From Eledone cirrhosa (taxonomy: Eukaryota), in NCBI GenBank assembly GCA_964016885.1, contig OZ024740.1, positions 208,568,001 through 208,632,000 of the forward strand: 64,000 nt of DNA, in the 5' to 3' direction. The notes beneath the pieces were generated by a model. That model saw only the letters and a program-made list of their open reading frames with translations. It ran no database searches and was not told the origin of the DNA. Position 1 is the stretch's first letter, and each line of letters opens with the position of its first letter. Positions 39,915 through 53,100 of this stretch are shown here, in pieces. Position numbers and translations under genes: made by a program.

Positions 39915-40675
39915 TATATACATATATATAAAACTGTAGTTGTCTGTGTGTGCGTGTGTGTGTCCTAATTTTTGCAAAGTCTATACAAATCCACATTTCT
40001 ACTCCGATTGACTTCAAACTTGCATTTATATATTCCTAGCGGTCTAAAGATGTTAACTGCAGCTTTTATTTTTCAATTTTCTGTTGTTTAAGGCATTTTT
40101 TTAAACTAAAACTTTAAGCCTTTTTTGTTGGAAACTTTGTCTACAATATTCAAGAGAGACAACTCTTTAGTATTTTGAAAGAGTTACCTCTCTTTATAGA
40201 CTATATTATCCCTACTTAAACGTACATCCCTTGAAATTGTTGATGGTGACCCCAATAGTAACTCCGAAGCGTTCGGCATCCGATATAACAGTTCGGTCTA
40301 TATCAGATTGGGTAGATTTTTGTAACCTTAAACGTATCCAACTAAATTCCTTCATGCTTTCTGCAGTCCCACATGCTTACTGCTCTGTAACTATTGCTTT
40401 CGTTGTACCATAGCACAACAAATACATGTTCGGTTTGTCGAATGCCTTTTTACTTAACCCTATCATCTTGGCTTTCGTAATTTGAACATTTTACTCTCAG
40501 GCACCCAACTAAGTTAAACCCCTCGTAATCTACGACGAATTTTTTTTATAAGTACAAAATGTAGACCGCATGCCCAGGCCGAGGTATTCCGTACTTCTCT
40601 GTACTGTTTCAGAAAGGAGGGATAAACATGCCAATCTATGTTTAGAAGCCCGAGCAACACCGGGCCATTCTGCTA

Positions 40676-40676
<1 letters not shown>
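39915..40676 (+). mobile_element. Non-autonomous Helitron
   Basis: 3' GC-rich hairpin GCCCG-AGCAACAC-CGGGC (40648-40665), then CTAG|T at 40673-40677. The 5' end is buried in (TA)n and approximate. Confidence 0.65.
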
Positions 40677-40741
<65 letters not shown>

Positions 40742-40795
40742 TGAAAAAGTGAAGAATGACATGGTCAACAATACAAAAAAAGGGATTTATTTACA

Positions 40796-40901
40796 GTCTG
40801 ACAATTGTTTCACTGATTAAGTTGTCTAAAAATTTCTGAACACTAGAAGCAGTGCCACTCAATTTTAAACACGATGTTAGCTTAATCAGATCATCGGAGA
40901 C
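40796..40901 (-). ncRNA. Type I hammerhead with U4C core and long stem II insertion, GUC site
   Basis: GTCT-CCGATGA-T-CTGATTAAG...CTTAATCAG-T-GAAA-CAATTG-TC^AGAC. Confidence 0.7.
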
Positions 40902-40937
40902 AAATAGAATATCCGTAAAAATTACATAGCTTAGCAT

Positions 40938-41266
40938 GGCACTACATAGGTTCCACAGCGGGGTAGTTTAAGAAAAGGTGGTATATCCATAGACACTCTA
41001 TGAATAACAGGAAGCTCATGAATACAACAATACTCGCCAATAAAATCTGGCAACTCAGAGATGCAAACCTGGAATATAAAATCAGCTGGACGAAGCTATC
41101 AACAGCAATAGCCTATAGAATTGGCATGTCCCACTGTGGTCTTTCTAATATGGAGCTTTTCCAAATTTTAAAATACAACAAAATGCTACTTAACAGTAAA
41201 ATCGAAAGAACTATTTTGTGTAGACATAAAACGGCGACCAAATTTGAGAACTTTAGACCAGCCTAA
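40938..41266 (+). pseudogene. GIY-YIG endonuclease C-terminal remnant
   Basis: WHYIGSTAG*FKKRWYIHRHS...TILANKIWQLRD...ISW...CGL...E...LLN...CRHK aligns by eye to the C-terminus of the 741-aa ORF. One in-frame stop. Confidence 0.8.
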
Positions 41267-42027
41267 TTCAGCCAATCTATTCCATAACCCAAATTGTACC
41301 ACTTAGATCTATTCTATTATCTTATAATATCCTATTATGATCATTGTTATTATAATTGTCTTCATCTATCAATGAACCAACATCATAACCTCTTATATTT
41401 TACATTCATGTTTTATATATCTCATTCACTCTCTATCTTTCTATTTCTCTCCCTAAATGTATTTAATCTCTGGCATTTTATCTTATTCTATCGTATCATA
41501 TCATTTTCACTTCTAATATAACTTGCAACTAATTAATCAAATAATTAATTAATTATATAATTAATTTATTAAAATAACCAGTACACACATAAATATATTT
41601 AACATTAACATGTTTATACCTTCGTATCTCTCTATATTTTAACCACTCTTAATAACCACTTTCAATAATCTTAATATGTTTAAATTTTTTCGCACATTTT
41701 TACTTATTTATTTTCATATTTTATATTATTTTGTATCATCCTCGATGTAACTTGTTTATTTATTTACATTTATTCATGTATTAACATTAATGCATTTATT
41801 GTTGTTATCATTATTTTCCCTCTACTTTTTCTTTCTCTCTACCTTTATCCTTTTCTCTCCTCTTTTCTCTATGTCTTTTTCTCTCTATATATCTTTCTCT
41901 GTTCTCCTTTCTCCTTTTTCTTGTTCTTTCTTTCTTTTATCTATCTCTATTTCTCTCTCTATCTTTATTATTAACATTATTAATGATGCTGTAATTTGAA
42001 TTTGTAAATTTAACGGATATTCTATTT

Positions 42028-42133
42028 GTCTCCGATGATCTGATTAAGCTAACATCGTATTTAAAATTGAGTGGCACTGCTTCTAGTGTTCATAAATTTT
42101 TAGACAACTTAATCAGTGAAACAATTGTTAGAC
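42028..42133 (+). ncRNA. Second copy of the long-stem-II hammerhead, GUU site
   Basis: GTCT-CCGATGA-T-CTGATTAAG...CTTAATCAG-T-GAAA-CAATTG-TT^AGAC. Confidence 0.65.
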
Positions 42134-42354
42134 TGTAAATAAATCCCTTTTTTTTGTACTGTTGACCATGTTATTCTTCAGTTTTTCAATTTTATTACTC
42201 CAAGATAAACTTACATAGGAATACAAGTGAAATCATAAACTCGCCACCTACGTAAACCTCTTGTTGAGTCAAACAACGCCGTACGCTAAAACTATCCATA
42301 ATAAGAAATATTCACAACCTCTAACTGGATTACCTATAACGATATTTTGTTATC

Positions 42355-42418
<64 letters not shown>

Positions 42419-42451
42419 ATATAGTAAAATGTAGTGGTTTGCTTGAAACAT

Positions 42452-42890
42452 TGTATATGATGTGGAAAGTGATATAAGGCTTAACAATGCAAAATGGACT
42501 GTAAGATGAAGGTAACTAAAAAGTAAGTTACCTGATAATCTTTGTTTTGCTTATTTGTAAATGTTGTTTCGTCCTAATAAAAAAAAACAAGAAAATTGAT
42601 TCCATGAAATACTACATCGGCAATTGACGTCATTCTTCTCGTGAATAACAAAGTAACCATCAAACGACGCTTGAAAGTGGTTTATAAAATTTAAATCTAA
42701 ATTTAATTCCAAAGAGAAGAAACCAGAACATTTTTCTCTGAGAATTCGTTATAATCTGAAGAAGGGAATTTTAAATCCCAAAATATTAGGACGAAAGGAA
42801 CAACAGCAACAAGACAAAGATTACCAGGTAACTTACCTTTCCGTTACCTTCATCTTACTGTCCATCTCCACATCACTTTGCACATTATAT
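42452..42890. repeat. Fold-back PLE-like relic (inverted arms about 42452-42580 and 42783-42890) with a dead hammerhead
   Basis: Diverged inverted arms, CTGAAGA-A-GGGA...TCCC-AAAA at 42757, and TA-rich flanks. Confidence 0.65.
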
Positions 42891-43005
42891 ATATATATAT
42901 ATAAAATTAATTAAATTAAATTAAATTAAGGGAGTCATGTCCGAGACATACGCCATATCCACCGTAGAATAAGCTCAAAGATTCCAATGAATAGATCCGA
43001 GCATT

Positions 43006-43190
43006 TTATATCAACTAGAAATTGATTGACTACATACATTTAAAATAAACACATGAAACAATCACAGGGGATAATTTGTAAAGTGTGTAATCACGCATAG
43101 CTAAAGGTGATTACACACTTTACAAATTATTCCCTATGATTGTTTCATGTGTTTATTTTAAATATATATATGTCAATCAATTTCTAGTTG

Positions 43191-43196
<6 letters not shown>
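43006..43196. repeat. Near-perfect palindrome with about 88 bp arms and a short spacer
   Basis: TATATCAACTAGAAATTGATTGAC...GTGTGTAATCAC and GTGATTACACAC...GTCAATCAATTTCTAGTTGATATA. Confidence 0.85.
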
Positions 43197-43249
<53 letters not shown>

Positions 43250-43257
<8 letters not shown>

Positions 43258-43300
43258 CTTGTTGTATCCCAACAACTTTAAATAGAACTTTTGCATATAT
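43250..43300 (+). repeat. Isolated 50-bp copy of the 3' terminus of the 24764-29768 PLE family
   Basis: ATATTTACTTGTTGTATCCCAACAACTTTAAATAGAACTTTTGCATATAT matches the reverse complement of 24764-24813 and is embedded in (TA)n. Confidence 0.8.
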
Positions 43301-43343
43301 ATATATATATAAGTATAAAGAAAGTGCTCAAGCGTAGAAATGC

Positions 43344-43515
43344 TATATAAAGATAGCTTATAAAATAGGATGAAGACCCTTAAAAGAGGGATAAAGAAGT
43401 TGCCATCGGTCGCTGTCTGTGAGATATGGGGGCCATTTCCTCATAAAGTTGCCCATGGCAACTACTTTTTCCGTCTTTTAAGGGTCTTCGCTCTATTTTA
43501 TAAGCCATATTTATA
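43344..43515. repeat. Imperfect inverted repeat between (TA)n tracts
   Basis: GCTTATAAAATAG...GAAGACCCTTAAAAGA...AGTTGCCAT and ATGGCAACT...TCTTTTAAGGGTCTTC...CTATTTTATAAGC. Confidence 0.7.
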
Positions 43516-43563
43516 CTATATATATATATATATATAGTATAAATATATAGTATAAATGTATAG

Positions 43564-43611
<48 letters not shown>

Positions 43612-43673
43612 CCCCACCCATCACTCTTAAGCGTGAAACTAGAAACTGATTTTTGTTCTGTGTTTATTTATTC

Positions 43674-43718
<45 letters not shown>

Positions 43719-43723
<5 letters not shown>

Positions 43724-44270
43724 GAATAAACAAGAGAGATGAACACTAATATAAACATACATGTGTTCGAATCGTAAGGACCAAAATTTGCTAGGGTGAA
43801 AAAATATTAACTACAACAATATACTTTGTTATCCTAACAGCGCGGCAGGGAATTTCGAGACAAGCTGGGTTCCGAATGACACGTGCGATAATTCATATCG
43901 TACACAATTCATTTTTAGAAGTGAAAGGATCACTAATTTCTCAACAACTACTGAGGAGCAGAGAAACGTGAGAGAGTCGTTGCGAAACAGTCTCCAACAC
44001 TGTCTAGTTGTTACCAGGCATTTTTGCCCAATATAGGTTTGTTATTTTTCTTAATTTAATATTTAAAGTTAAGGATAACAAACTATATTGCTGTAGTTAG
44101 TATTTTTTCACCCTAGCAAATTTTGGTCCTTACGATTCGAACACATGCATGTTTATATTAGTGTCCATCTCTGTTGTTTATTCAATTATATTGTACGGCT
44201 CAGAAAAGCTTTATTCTTAGAGCTATTTAATTGTAAGAGGCTACCCTGAGTTCTTAACTCAATATTTATA
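43719..44270 (+). mobile_element. Non-coding fold-back PLE derivative (arms about 43719-43835 and 44071-44190, plus tail) in (TA)n
   Basis: About 115 bp inverted arms enclosing a canonical hammerhead, with (TA)n flanks. Confidence 0.8.
43943..44012 (+). ncRNA. Canonical type I hammerhead ribozyme, predicted cleavage after C44004
   Basis: AACAACTA-CTGAGGA-GCA...TGC-GAAA-CAGT ctccaac ACTG-TC^TAGTTGTT: 8-bp stem I, complete core and GUC site. Confidence 0.88.
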
Positions 44271-44289
44271 AATATATATATATATATAT

Positions 44290-44960
44290 ATGGTATAAAC
44301 GTTTGGAGCTAGAAGGCCAGAACAATGCAGGTATGGATATAGAATATAAATACAAATGCAAAAGATATTGCTGACAATTAGTCTTTTACCTTAAATTTAT
44401 TTGAACATCCTTAATTTTCGAGATAATATCTCTTCTTCGGAGGGAAGTAAAGGGGTTAATCCAGTGTTCTAATTAGCTTGCCAAGTCGTGCTGACTGGAA
44501 ATAGTGTAGAAATTCCATTCTATTTCTAATGTTAAAGAGTTAAGGCTAAGTGGATAAAGGGTTGTAAAAGGGTTTGGACATGTATGTCTAAGTGTGGGAG
44601 AATACGTGAAGGTGTAAGCATGCGTGGGGGGGGGGGGATATGTTTGTATGTAAATGTGGGGGCTAGATGCTCTATCATGTTAAAACTGGTCTATGTGTGT
44701 GTGTGAGAGAGAATAAGTGAAGGTGTAAGCGTGCGTGTGTGTGTGTATGAGAGAGATGGTACCTGGAGGTGTAAGTGTGGGGGCTAGGTGCTCTATCATG
44801 TTAAAAATTGGGTGTGGAATTCTAGTCTGTTATTGATTGGTGGGTGTATTTTGTCTATAATTAGTGCTTCTTTAATTCTAAGATTGCCGAGGTTTCTTTC
44901 TTTAGCTTCTATCCTAACTATTGTTTTTGTCGGCGTTTTTGCATTTCACTAGGTGTTTCT
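44290..44960 (-). mobile_element. 3' fragment of a Penelope/Poseidon-type element
   Basis: Minus strand encodes KHLVKC...RIEAKERNLGNLRIKEALIIDKIHPPINNRLEF (end of GIY-YIG domain). The pLTR has a hammerhead and ends at (TA)n. Confidence 0.7.
44409..44443 (-). ncRNA. Minimal hammerhead motif (U4C)
   Basis: CCT-CCGAAGA-A-GAGAT ATT ATCTC-GAAA-AT-TA^AGG. Confidence 0.6.
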
Positions 44961-45400
44961 TAAATGAGGAAGCGTTCGTGTTGAGTCGCAGACTGCACCA
45001 GGTTGCGGCTGGAGAAAGTGTCGCTGCAAGTGGCATCCCAGGCGAGAGGTTTGCCACCGTGGAACGGGAAGATGGTCATACTGTCTGGCCTTTTGCTATC
45101 TCCTCGGTCCAGCTCCACCGGCTCGAGCTGGGAGGGGAAGCCTGTAACGTCCAAGCCATGCTTAGTGACCTCGTTGAGGGCAGCATGGCGTGGAAGGCCG
45201 CCGGCAGTGTGGAGACAGGAAAGCGGGTGGAGTCCGAAAGAGTCCACGGTGGATCCACAGCGACATTTATGTGGCTCGCAGATCCGGAGTCCAAGCCTCA
45301 AGGAAACGCCGATGCGCAGGCTATCGTTATCCAGCTGAGACCAGTGGTGGAGGGCAAGGCATGAAGCCAGGCACCACTGTGGGGAGGCCGCGTGAAAACA
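44961..45400 (-). pseudogene. Zinc knuckle + restriction-like endonuclease fragment of a CRE-type non-LTR retrotransposon
   Basis: RLG...HKCRCGSTVDSFGLHPLSC...RHAALNE...LEP...KRPD...WDATCSDT in a GC-rich island. Confidence 0.75.
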
Positions 45401-47046
45401 GTGAAGACGGTGCTGGCGCGTGTATCTTTACGGTGGGGGACATAAGCAGTCTCAATTATCAAAGTTAACTATATATATAGTGGAGGGGAGACAACTCTGT
45501 TTTATTAATCAAAATGATTATCACACACGCAGTGATACGATGAAAGAGTTATTTCGAGGACCAATATTAATTAAATTAGATCTTTGACAAGAATGGTGAG
45601 AAATCCCGACATATTACTGCATTATTAGACCTCATCATTGAAGGATGACCTTTTCTAGTACTTGCCAATCTAATTATAGATGTATATATAAATGTTGGCG
45701 TGACAATTACATCAGGGAAGCACTGGAGAAGGCTGTTTCACTGTTCAGGTCTAATTAAAACTAAAAAATAATAATCTATCTAGAATCTCACCAACATGCT
45801 TATTAAAATTTCAGATCAATATTCCTGATTATATGAACGATTCTAATTTTAATCAATCAATATTTTGGCGTGGCCATGCAGTTAGAATGTCTCAGGAAAG
45901 ATTCGCTGGACAGACTTTACGGGCAAAACCAACCAGCAAGATAGTTGAACATCCATGAGCTTGGCTGGTCTCACTTGAACTTTCAGTTGGGATGTGTGTT
46001 TGAGGACCCTTCCCCCGCCCCTTTACTGTAACCATTAATTATTGTTGTAAAAGTATTTGGTCCATATCACCATAAAAATGTTCCTGCGTTATACTATCTC
46101 ACCAAACCAAAACTCAGCCATAACCATAACCATATAATCAGCATATTGTCTTAGTGAAGGCAATTAGTTCAGTAGTAGGGGTGTTCAACTAGCCATTGCA
46201 GGTCGTATATTGAAATAAAGAGACTATTTCATGCTCCAGTCCACACTGTAAAGTGGTCATATAGTTATCACGACAAAAAGCATCTCGTACACTGTAAATG
46301 TGGTCCTCATTAGGAAGAGCATCTAGCCATAATCAGGTCTGTGAGAAAAACACATTCCTCCAAACTGGTTCCGGCACTCATCTAACCCACATTTGCAATA
46401 ACAGACGTTAAACAATGACGAATTCAAAAAGCCAAACTTGTTAATAGCGAATTTCTTAGAACAAACCTGATGATGATGAAAGTTGTGTATGCATTGATGA
46501 AACTAATACTCATCGTTAGAACGGATGGAGGCCCACACATTTTGTTTACTACATACAAGGGGAATGTTTTTGGTCCATTTTCACCAATGAAAGGAGTTTC
46601 AGTAGAGCATCTCTGACATGCTTCGCGACAGTTACGGCACTTTACATTCTGGGGCCAAATCACACAGGTTGGTTAGCTTTACAGGGTCAATAAAATAAAG
46701 CACCAGTAACACACTAGCGTCGATTTAATCGACTTTGCTGACCCCTCCAAATTGTTGGCCTTGTGTCTAAATAAGAAGCTGATGTGCAAAAGTTTGGAGA
46801 GCTCTTGTCTTAACAGGTTCAACTTCATTATAACCAAATTCTCTCTATCTGATAGTACCTATTTTTTAAATAAGATACACACAAGAGAGATCAGCAGCTC
46901 TATTTCTAGTCCCATAGAAAAGGGTGTTTTCATGAATTGGTAATTCCAGAAGACTTCTGTTCCAGGTAAAACTGTAGCCAAATAATACCTATTGACAACC
47001 AGACAAATTAAAAAAAAAGAACAAGTCCAATATGGAAACAAAGGGA

Positions 47047-47052
47047 TTTAAT
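47047..47052 (-). terminator. Candidate RPL19 polyadenylation signal ATTAAA
   Basis: About 22 nt after the stop codon, followed by T-rich sequence. An AATAAA also overlaps the stop. Confidence 0.5.
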
Positions 47053-47073
47053 TTCTGTTTACATAGCCTATAT

Positions 47074-47197
47074 TTATTTCTTTAAGGCATCTTCTTCACG
47101 GTAAGCCTTAATCAAATCTGCCTTCTTCTGAGCAATACGCTCTTCACGGCGCTTACGGGCCTCCTTGACCTTTGTCCTGCGAGCCTCGGCTTGATCA
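47074..47197 (-). CDS. RPL19: RPL19 coding exon 5
   Basis: ttgcag|T GAT CAA GCC ... AAG AAA TAA, 124 nt. Confidence 0.96.
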
Positions 47198-50100
47198 CTG
47201 CAAGTGAAACAATCAGAAATTAGAATACGTAAGAGACTGAAGAAATATACACAACAGCTAAACATTTTGTAAAAGGAAAATTTATTTTGTGCAAATAAAT
47301 AATGTAATGAACAGTACAACAAACAATTCTATAGTCAATGTTTTACATGAGCTAGTGGTTGGAGTACTAAACTCACATAGAGGGCTGTAAGTTCAGTTAC
47401 TAAATTTTGTCATACTGAGAAAGGAAACTGATTTCATATTGCTCCAGTCCACTCAGCTGGAAACTAACAGCAGCAGCTGTGTGTCACGCTTACAACAGAC
47501 TAGTGTCCAGTCCAGGGGAATATTGTACTCAGTTAACATGTAAAACTAGGTGATAAGCTCCAGCCAGATATGGCTTGAGATTTTGTTAAATATATGAAAA
47601 TTTCAGTAAAGAAAAAAGGAGCATATGTTGCAAGTTCACATTCCCTCTAAATTGCTTTCTAGCGATGAAAGAAACCACTTCCCTCAGACCAATTTACAAA
47701 ATCAAAATATCTATTAGTAGCAGAAGTACCCGCATATTCATTAGGATTACTAATATCTGTTAGAGGAGCAAATACTACCAAACCATGAAATATCTTAACT
47801 ATATATAACTGTGTCATCTACAATTACAGCTCACATTGGTATAGGTTTAGCTAACCTTCGACAGTGCATCTTACAGAGGCAGGGTTACAAAGGTTATACA
47901 CAACCCTTTAGTTACCAACCATTTTAAATGTTTCTAATTTAAATTAAATCTTTCAAAAAAAATTTTATAGAAAAACTTTTATAATTAATAATTTTAGTAA
48001 ATCCCTCAAAATTCTTCATTAATTGAAATACAGTGTATTTCATTAGAAATGTGGTCATGAAAGAGTTTCCAAATCATAAATAAAATAGTCAAAGCAAACC
48101 TGAGAAGTTTAGTTCTCTGTTTCTCAGCCTTCTTCTTGTGGATGTATTCCATTAATACACGCTTATTCTTGAAGATGTTACCTTTGCATTTCAAATAAAG
48201 ATCATGGTATCTGAAGAAAGACAAAAATATTTTTTACATTTTAAATAAAGAACACATCGAGAGAAAAAAATTCAAAGTCCAATATAAATGTTTAATATTG
48301 TTGATACCAAAATAAATACCACACATTCTACATAATAACTTAAATCATAATCAAGTTCTTACACATGGTACTAACAGTTGTACCCGACACTGCATAGATA
48401 TATTATCTGAAACAAGTTTATATTCATTGTACGCCTGTCAATGTTTTTGTCTCGACAAAAAGTGCCCAGTCCACACTGCAAATGTTAAGAAGGGCATCCA
48501 GTCATAAAAACCAAGCCAAAATCAGTCCTCTGACCTGGATCTCTCACAACAGGACAGCACATCTTACTCATGCTAGCATGAAAAATAGACAAACGATGAT
48601 GATAATGGATTAAGTAGTTTGGCAAAAAGAAATTGATAAGTAACAGGTTGAAATAGATACTCATATCGATACGATTGCCAGAACTCGATGTTGCCTTTTA
48701 TGATCCCAAACTATTTAAATGACTGAAACCAAATAAATAAATGATTCCAATTCATTTTTATTGCCCATTTACTTTGTTGATTCTATGAAACTAAAATATC
48801 ACTTCCCTTCACCACACTAACACAAACAGAAGAGCCTTTGTGTTCACTCTAGGTGATAGGTCTCACCATCATCACTGAGAATCTCATGGCATATCACATA
48901 CTAAACATAGCTAGAATTGCATTTCACATATTGGCCCTTCTCTTCAGTCAGAAAATATTCCACACTGCCACCCCAACCACCATTTTTTGATGAAATAACT
49001 TTTGATGTTAAATTGTTTAAATTACAACTGTAGAATAAAGAAATATTCTCAAGTATTGAGAAAGGTGATAAAAAATGAGTGCCTCATCATAGCAAAGTGT
49101 GAGAAAAAGATGGGAGAGAGATAGCAAATGAGAAGAGAAGTAAAACAGTCCGATGAGAGGCAAACAAATATATATTAGATTCAATAAAGAGTTTGGGATA
49201 TCAGTTCCTGGTTCACATCTAGTTGCCAGGATTGAAATACCAGTAATACACTGGGGAGGGAAATTACATTGACCAAACTTCAACATATTTGCAGCTTCCA
49301 AAGAATCTGTACAAGAATGGCAGAAACAGTAAAATGCTGCAGTTCTCTCTCAACTTAAGTTGAAAACCAGCCATAGTTGACTGTCCATGATATCAGAGCA
49401 AAGAAAATATATCTAGGTCTGTACAATTAATAAAACTTGCAAATTAATATCTGCACCATAAACAACATCTAAGACGTGATTAAATTAGCTTATGCCACTT
49501 GCCTGACAAAATGGAGAGCTAACTCTAGAGCAGCAAGCCCCTTAATTTTAAAGTTTAGCTAATTCTTGATCTACTCCTAGTCAAAAGTAGTAATCAAAAG
49601 ATTTTAAAAATACAGATGCCTGCAGGATCAAAATATTGTGAATGATATAAATATCAAAAATAAATTAATCATAGTTTGCCACAGCAAAGGCGAGTGTTAA
49701 TCCTTTAGTATTTAAACCTGCCGTATCTGGTCAGAATTCTCTCACCTCTTTCTGTTGAAACCAGACATAATCAGTTGCTCATACAAACGTTAAGGTATTG
49801 TTCTCAAAATATTAACATCATAATATCATAGTTTTGATATTATGTTTTGATAAAGCCTTTACCACGAAAATACTAATGGGTTAAACTGGGCTCTTCAAAA
49901 TTGTACGTGTAACTTACAAGTGCTTGTCTATTTTCTTGGATTCTCTGTATTTCTTTAGAAGTCGTCGCAGCACACGTTGACGCCGAATCCAAAGAATTTT
50001 CTGCGGCATTCGAGCATTGGCTGTTCCCTTCCTTTTACCAGGACCCATATGTCTTCCCTTTCTTCGAGCAATCTTGTTCTTCCTGACACGAGCACGGGAA

Positions 50101-53100
50101 TGGACACGCACAGGTTTGCGGATAATCAAACCATCTTTCACTAATTTCCTGATGTTTTGCCCTGCAATATAAAACAAGACATTTAGACATAGCCCATGCT
50201 AGCGTGGAAGAACGGACGTAAAACGATGATGATGAAACTAAATCATTGAAATCTAACAGCAGCTTCTATTTAATATAAATAACAATACCAACATGTAACA
50301 TGAAACCCTAACTATAGATACAGGTCTGTGAGGTCTAGGAAGGGTTTACTGTGTAATGTGAAACCCTAAATATAGATACTGGCCTGTGGGGCCTAGGAAA
50401 TCAAGCCTGCTACTTCCATTATTTCACTGTACTAATAGTAGTTCTCTGCCATGCGTACTGTCAGGAATGTATCTGAAGTTATCTCTTCAGAGAGATAGAG
50501 AGAAAACTTTGTTGATCCCCTAAACCCGGTCACAAAAGCAACTTCTGATGAACATGAGGTGCATCTGGAAGTGATGACTAACTCGGAAGTCGAGGCCAAT
50601 TGAACAATTAAAGAGTTCAAATGTAGCAAGGCCACTAGAGAAGATGAAATTTGGCTAGAGATGTTAAAAGCCTTAACAGAAGGTATTCTCTGGCTGAATC
50701 ACTGGAAGGCACCTAAGCATGGGCAATCAAGAGTGATAATATCAATCATTCAAGACTAAATATCTGGCAAAGAGATATAGAGATATTGAATCAAAATTTG
50801 CCAACAGTCAGTGTGACTTTCGCCCAGATACAGGACAGGCGACCAAATATTCACACTATGGCAGGTCTTTGAGAAATTGTGGGAGTATTGCCAAGAGGTG
50901 TATGCTTGTTTTGGAAACCCCGAAAAAGCACATGACTGCGTTCCTCGGGATCTGGTGTGGAAGGTTCTGCAGGAATATGGGATCGGTGGACAGCTTCTTG
51001 TTGCCCTAATGCCTCTATATGAAAGCTGTACCATTTATTTGTGCTTGAATGGTGCTAAGCCAAAACAATCCAATATGGGTGTCTGACTCTACCAAGCATA
51101 CCTACTGTCACTGCTCTTGTTCATAATCTTCATGGACAGAATTAACATGCGCAGCTCGGTTGGAAGTGATATCAAGACTGCAGGTGGAGGATCAGTCGGA
51201 TGGAATTAGCAGATGACAGGATACTACTAAACTCATCAGGTACCTCCAACATGCACTCGATAGCTTTGCTGCGAAGACACTCATCCTATCAAGGAGGCCT
51301 GCACCATGCACTCTACATGTGACTGGAGATCCACCTAAGTAGGTGGAGAAGTTCAAGTACCTCGATGCCGTTTTTATGAGTGATGGAAGGCAGGAGGCTG
51401 AATTACGTGCAGGAGCTGGTGCAGTAACGCTCCACCATTCATTTATCAGAAGGGAAGTGGTTGTAAAAACTGAACTCAACTGTTTTAATTCAATATTCAT
51501 GCCAATCCTTAGCTGTGGTCATGAATATAGGGTTAATGAGCAAAATACAATCATGAATAAAAACGACTGAAATGGGTTTCCCCCACGAAGAGTCTTTGGG
51601 GTAACATTACTTGATAGAGTGTAGTAGAGCTTGGAGATGAGAGTCACTACTTCTCTGATTAGAGTTATCACAGCTCTGATATTACAGACATGCGGTTAGC
51701 ATGTCTCAGGAAAGAATCACTGGACAGATTTTATGGGCAAAACCAACCAGCAAGATGGTTAGATAGCATGAAGGTTTTTAATAAAGCTGAGTGAAATATT
51801 TTCGAACATAAACAATTATTAACAATACTGAAAACTTTCAAGTTTTCCCCAAGAATTAAGTAAACTTTTGTATCTAACAAAAAATATTTCAATAACCACC
51901 AACACTACTACCACATTTCAGCACCCAAAACATTAAATCATTTTTTTTAATATTAAAAATTCTTACTAGAGTTGGCATTGGCTATTTCACTGGTTTCATT
52001 AGGGTCAAGCCAAACTTTATTCCGGCCACATTTAAGGACAGCGGCTGCAAGCCGCTTTTGTAGGCGCAAGTTACTGAAGATAGAAAATAATTGATAAAAT
52101 TATAATACATTAAATTTCAGAAAAATATATTTTCCCCAAAATAGACAAACAAAAATGTAATATTTACAGCCAACAAGTTTAAGTCATTGCACAGTACCTA
52201 GCTATTTATATACAAATAATTAACACAAGAGGTTCATTGGTCCCTAAATACAATTTCTTATAGCTTGCAGTAGTTACAAATCCTCATTTCTTACATTTAT
52301 TTGTATGCAAACTTTAAAACAGTTAAGCTATTAGTAAAGTATTTATAATTCATCAATGCATAAACCACACATTTCATAGTTAATATTTGCTACTGAGCAG
52401 CAGGTCAACTCTAATGGAATATATATTATGAAGTTGGTGAGTTAGTATGAAGTTGATATGCCTTGGAGATAAGATTCTAGTTGATTCTAAGTTGATATAC
52501 CTTGTAGAGATGAGGATTCTTGTGGTGAGTCTAAGTTGGCGAGAAGATTCTAGTGGTGCTGTCCAAAACTGAAAGATTGCTCTTAAGCGCTCCATCATTA
52601 CCAACTTATACAAACTCACCATCTTCATAATATATATATAGTTAGATCTTTTACACATTTGACTGGCTTAAAGAAGTTATTCACCTTTATCTCCTGCTAT
52701 TAATAGTTACCATGGTTATTCATTTTTATTAACTTTGCTTCGTCATTATTTCTACATTTTTAAAAGTAATTTTTAAAAACTGTGCAATCTAATGGAGCAA
52801 CATTAAAAAGACGTTCCAACTGTGACAATCTTGTTTCGTTTTCAATGAATCTCGAATTATCTAATTTCTTTCCCATTTTTTTAAAGACTGTCTTTTATTT
52901 CTTGCAGGTCGAGATACGTGTTTGATGAGAATACCGGTGTAGAGTCAGTGGAAAACTTCAACAAACGACAGATTCAATAGTATTTTTTTGTTTTTATTTA
53001 AAAGTCGAGCAATAGCAGTTAATTAAAAAGGAATGTATATATTCCCCACCACCACCACGTATTTCAAACATGCGGCATGTGTTATGGAATTAATGTTATA

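Larger units (their letters stand above)
40738..42358 (+). mobile_element. 5'-truncated Hydra-type Penelope-like element (second family) with inverted pLTR, in (TA)n
   Basis: Inverted repeat 40738-40926 vs 42003-42192, GIY-YIG C-terminal remnant, and (TA)n on both sides. Confidence 0.85.

Noticed and set aside
48869-48875. C box (GTGATGA) of an intronic snoRNA in RPL19
   Set aside because: No D box (CTGA) at a suitable distance on the same strand, and no terminal stem.
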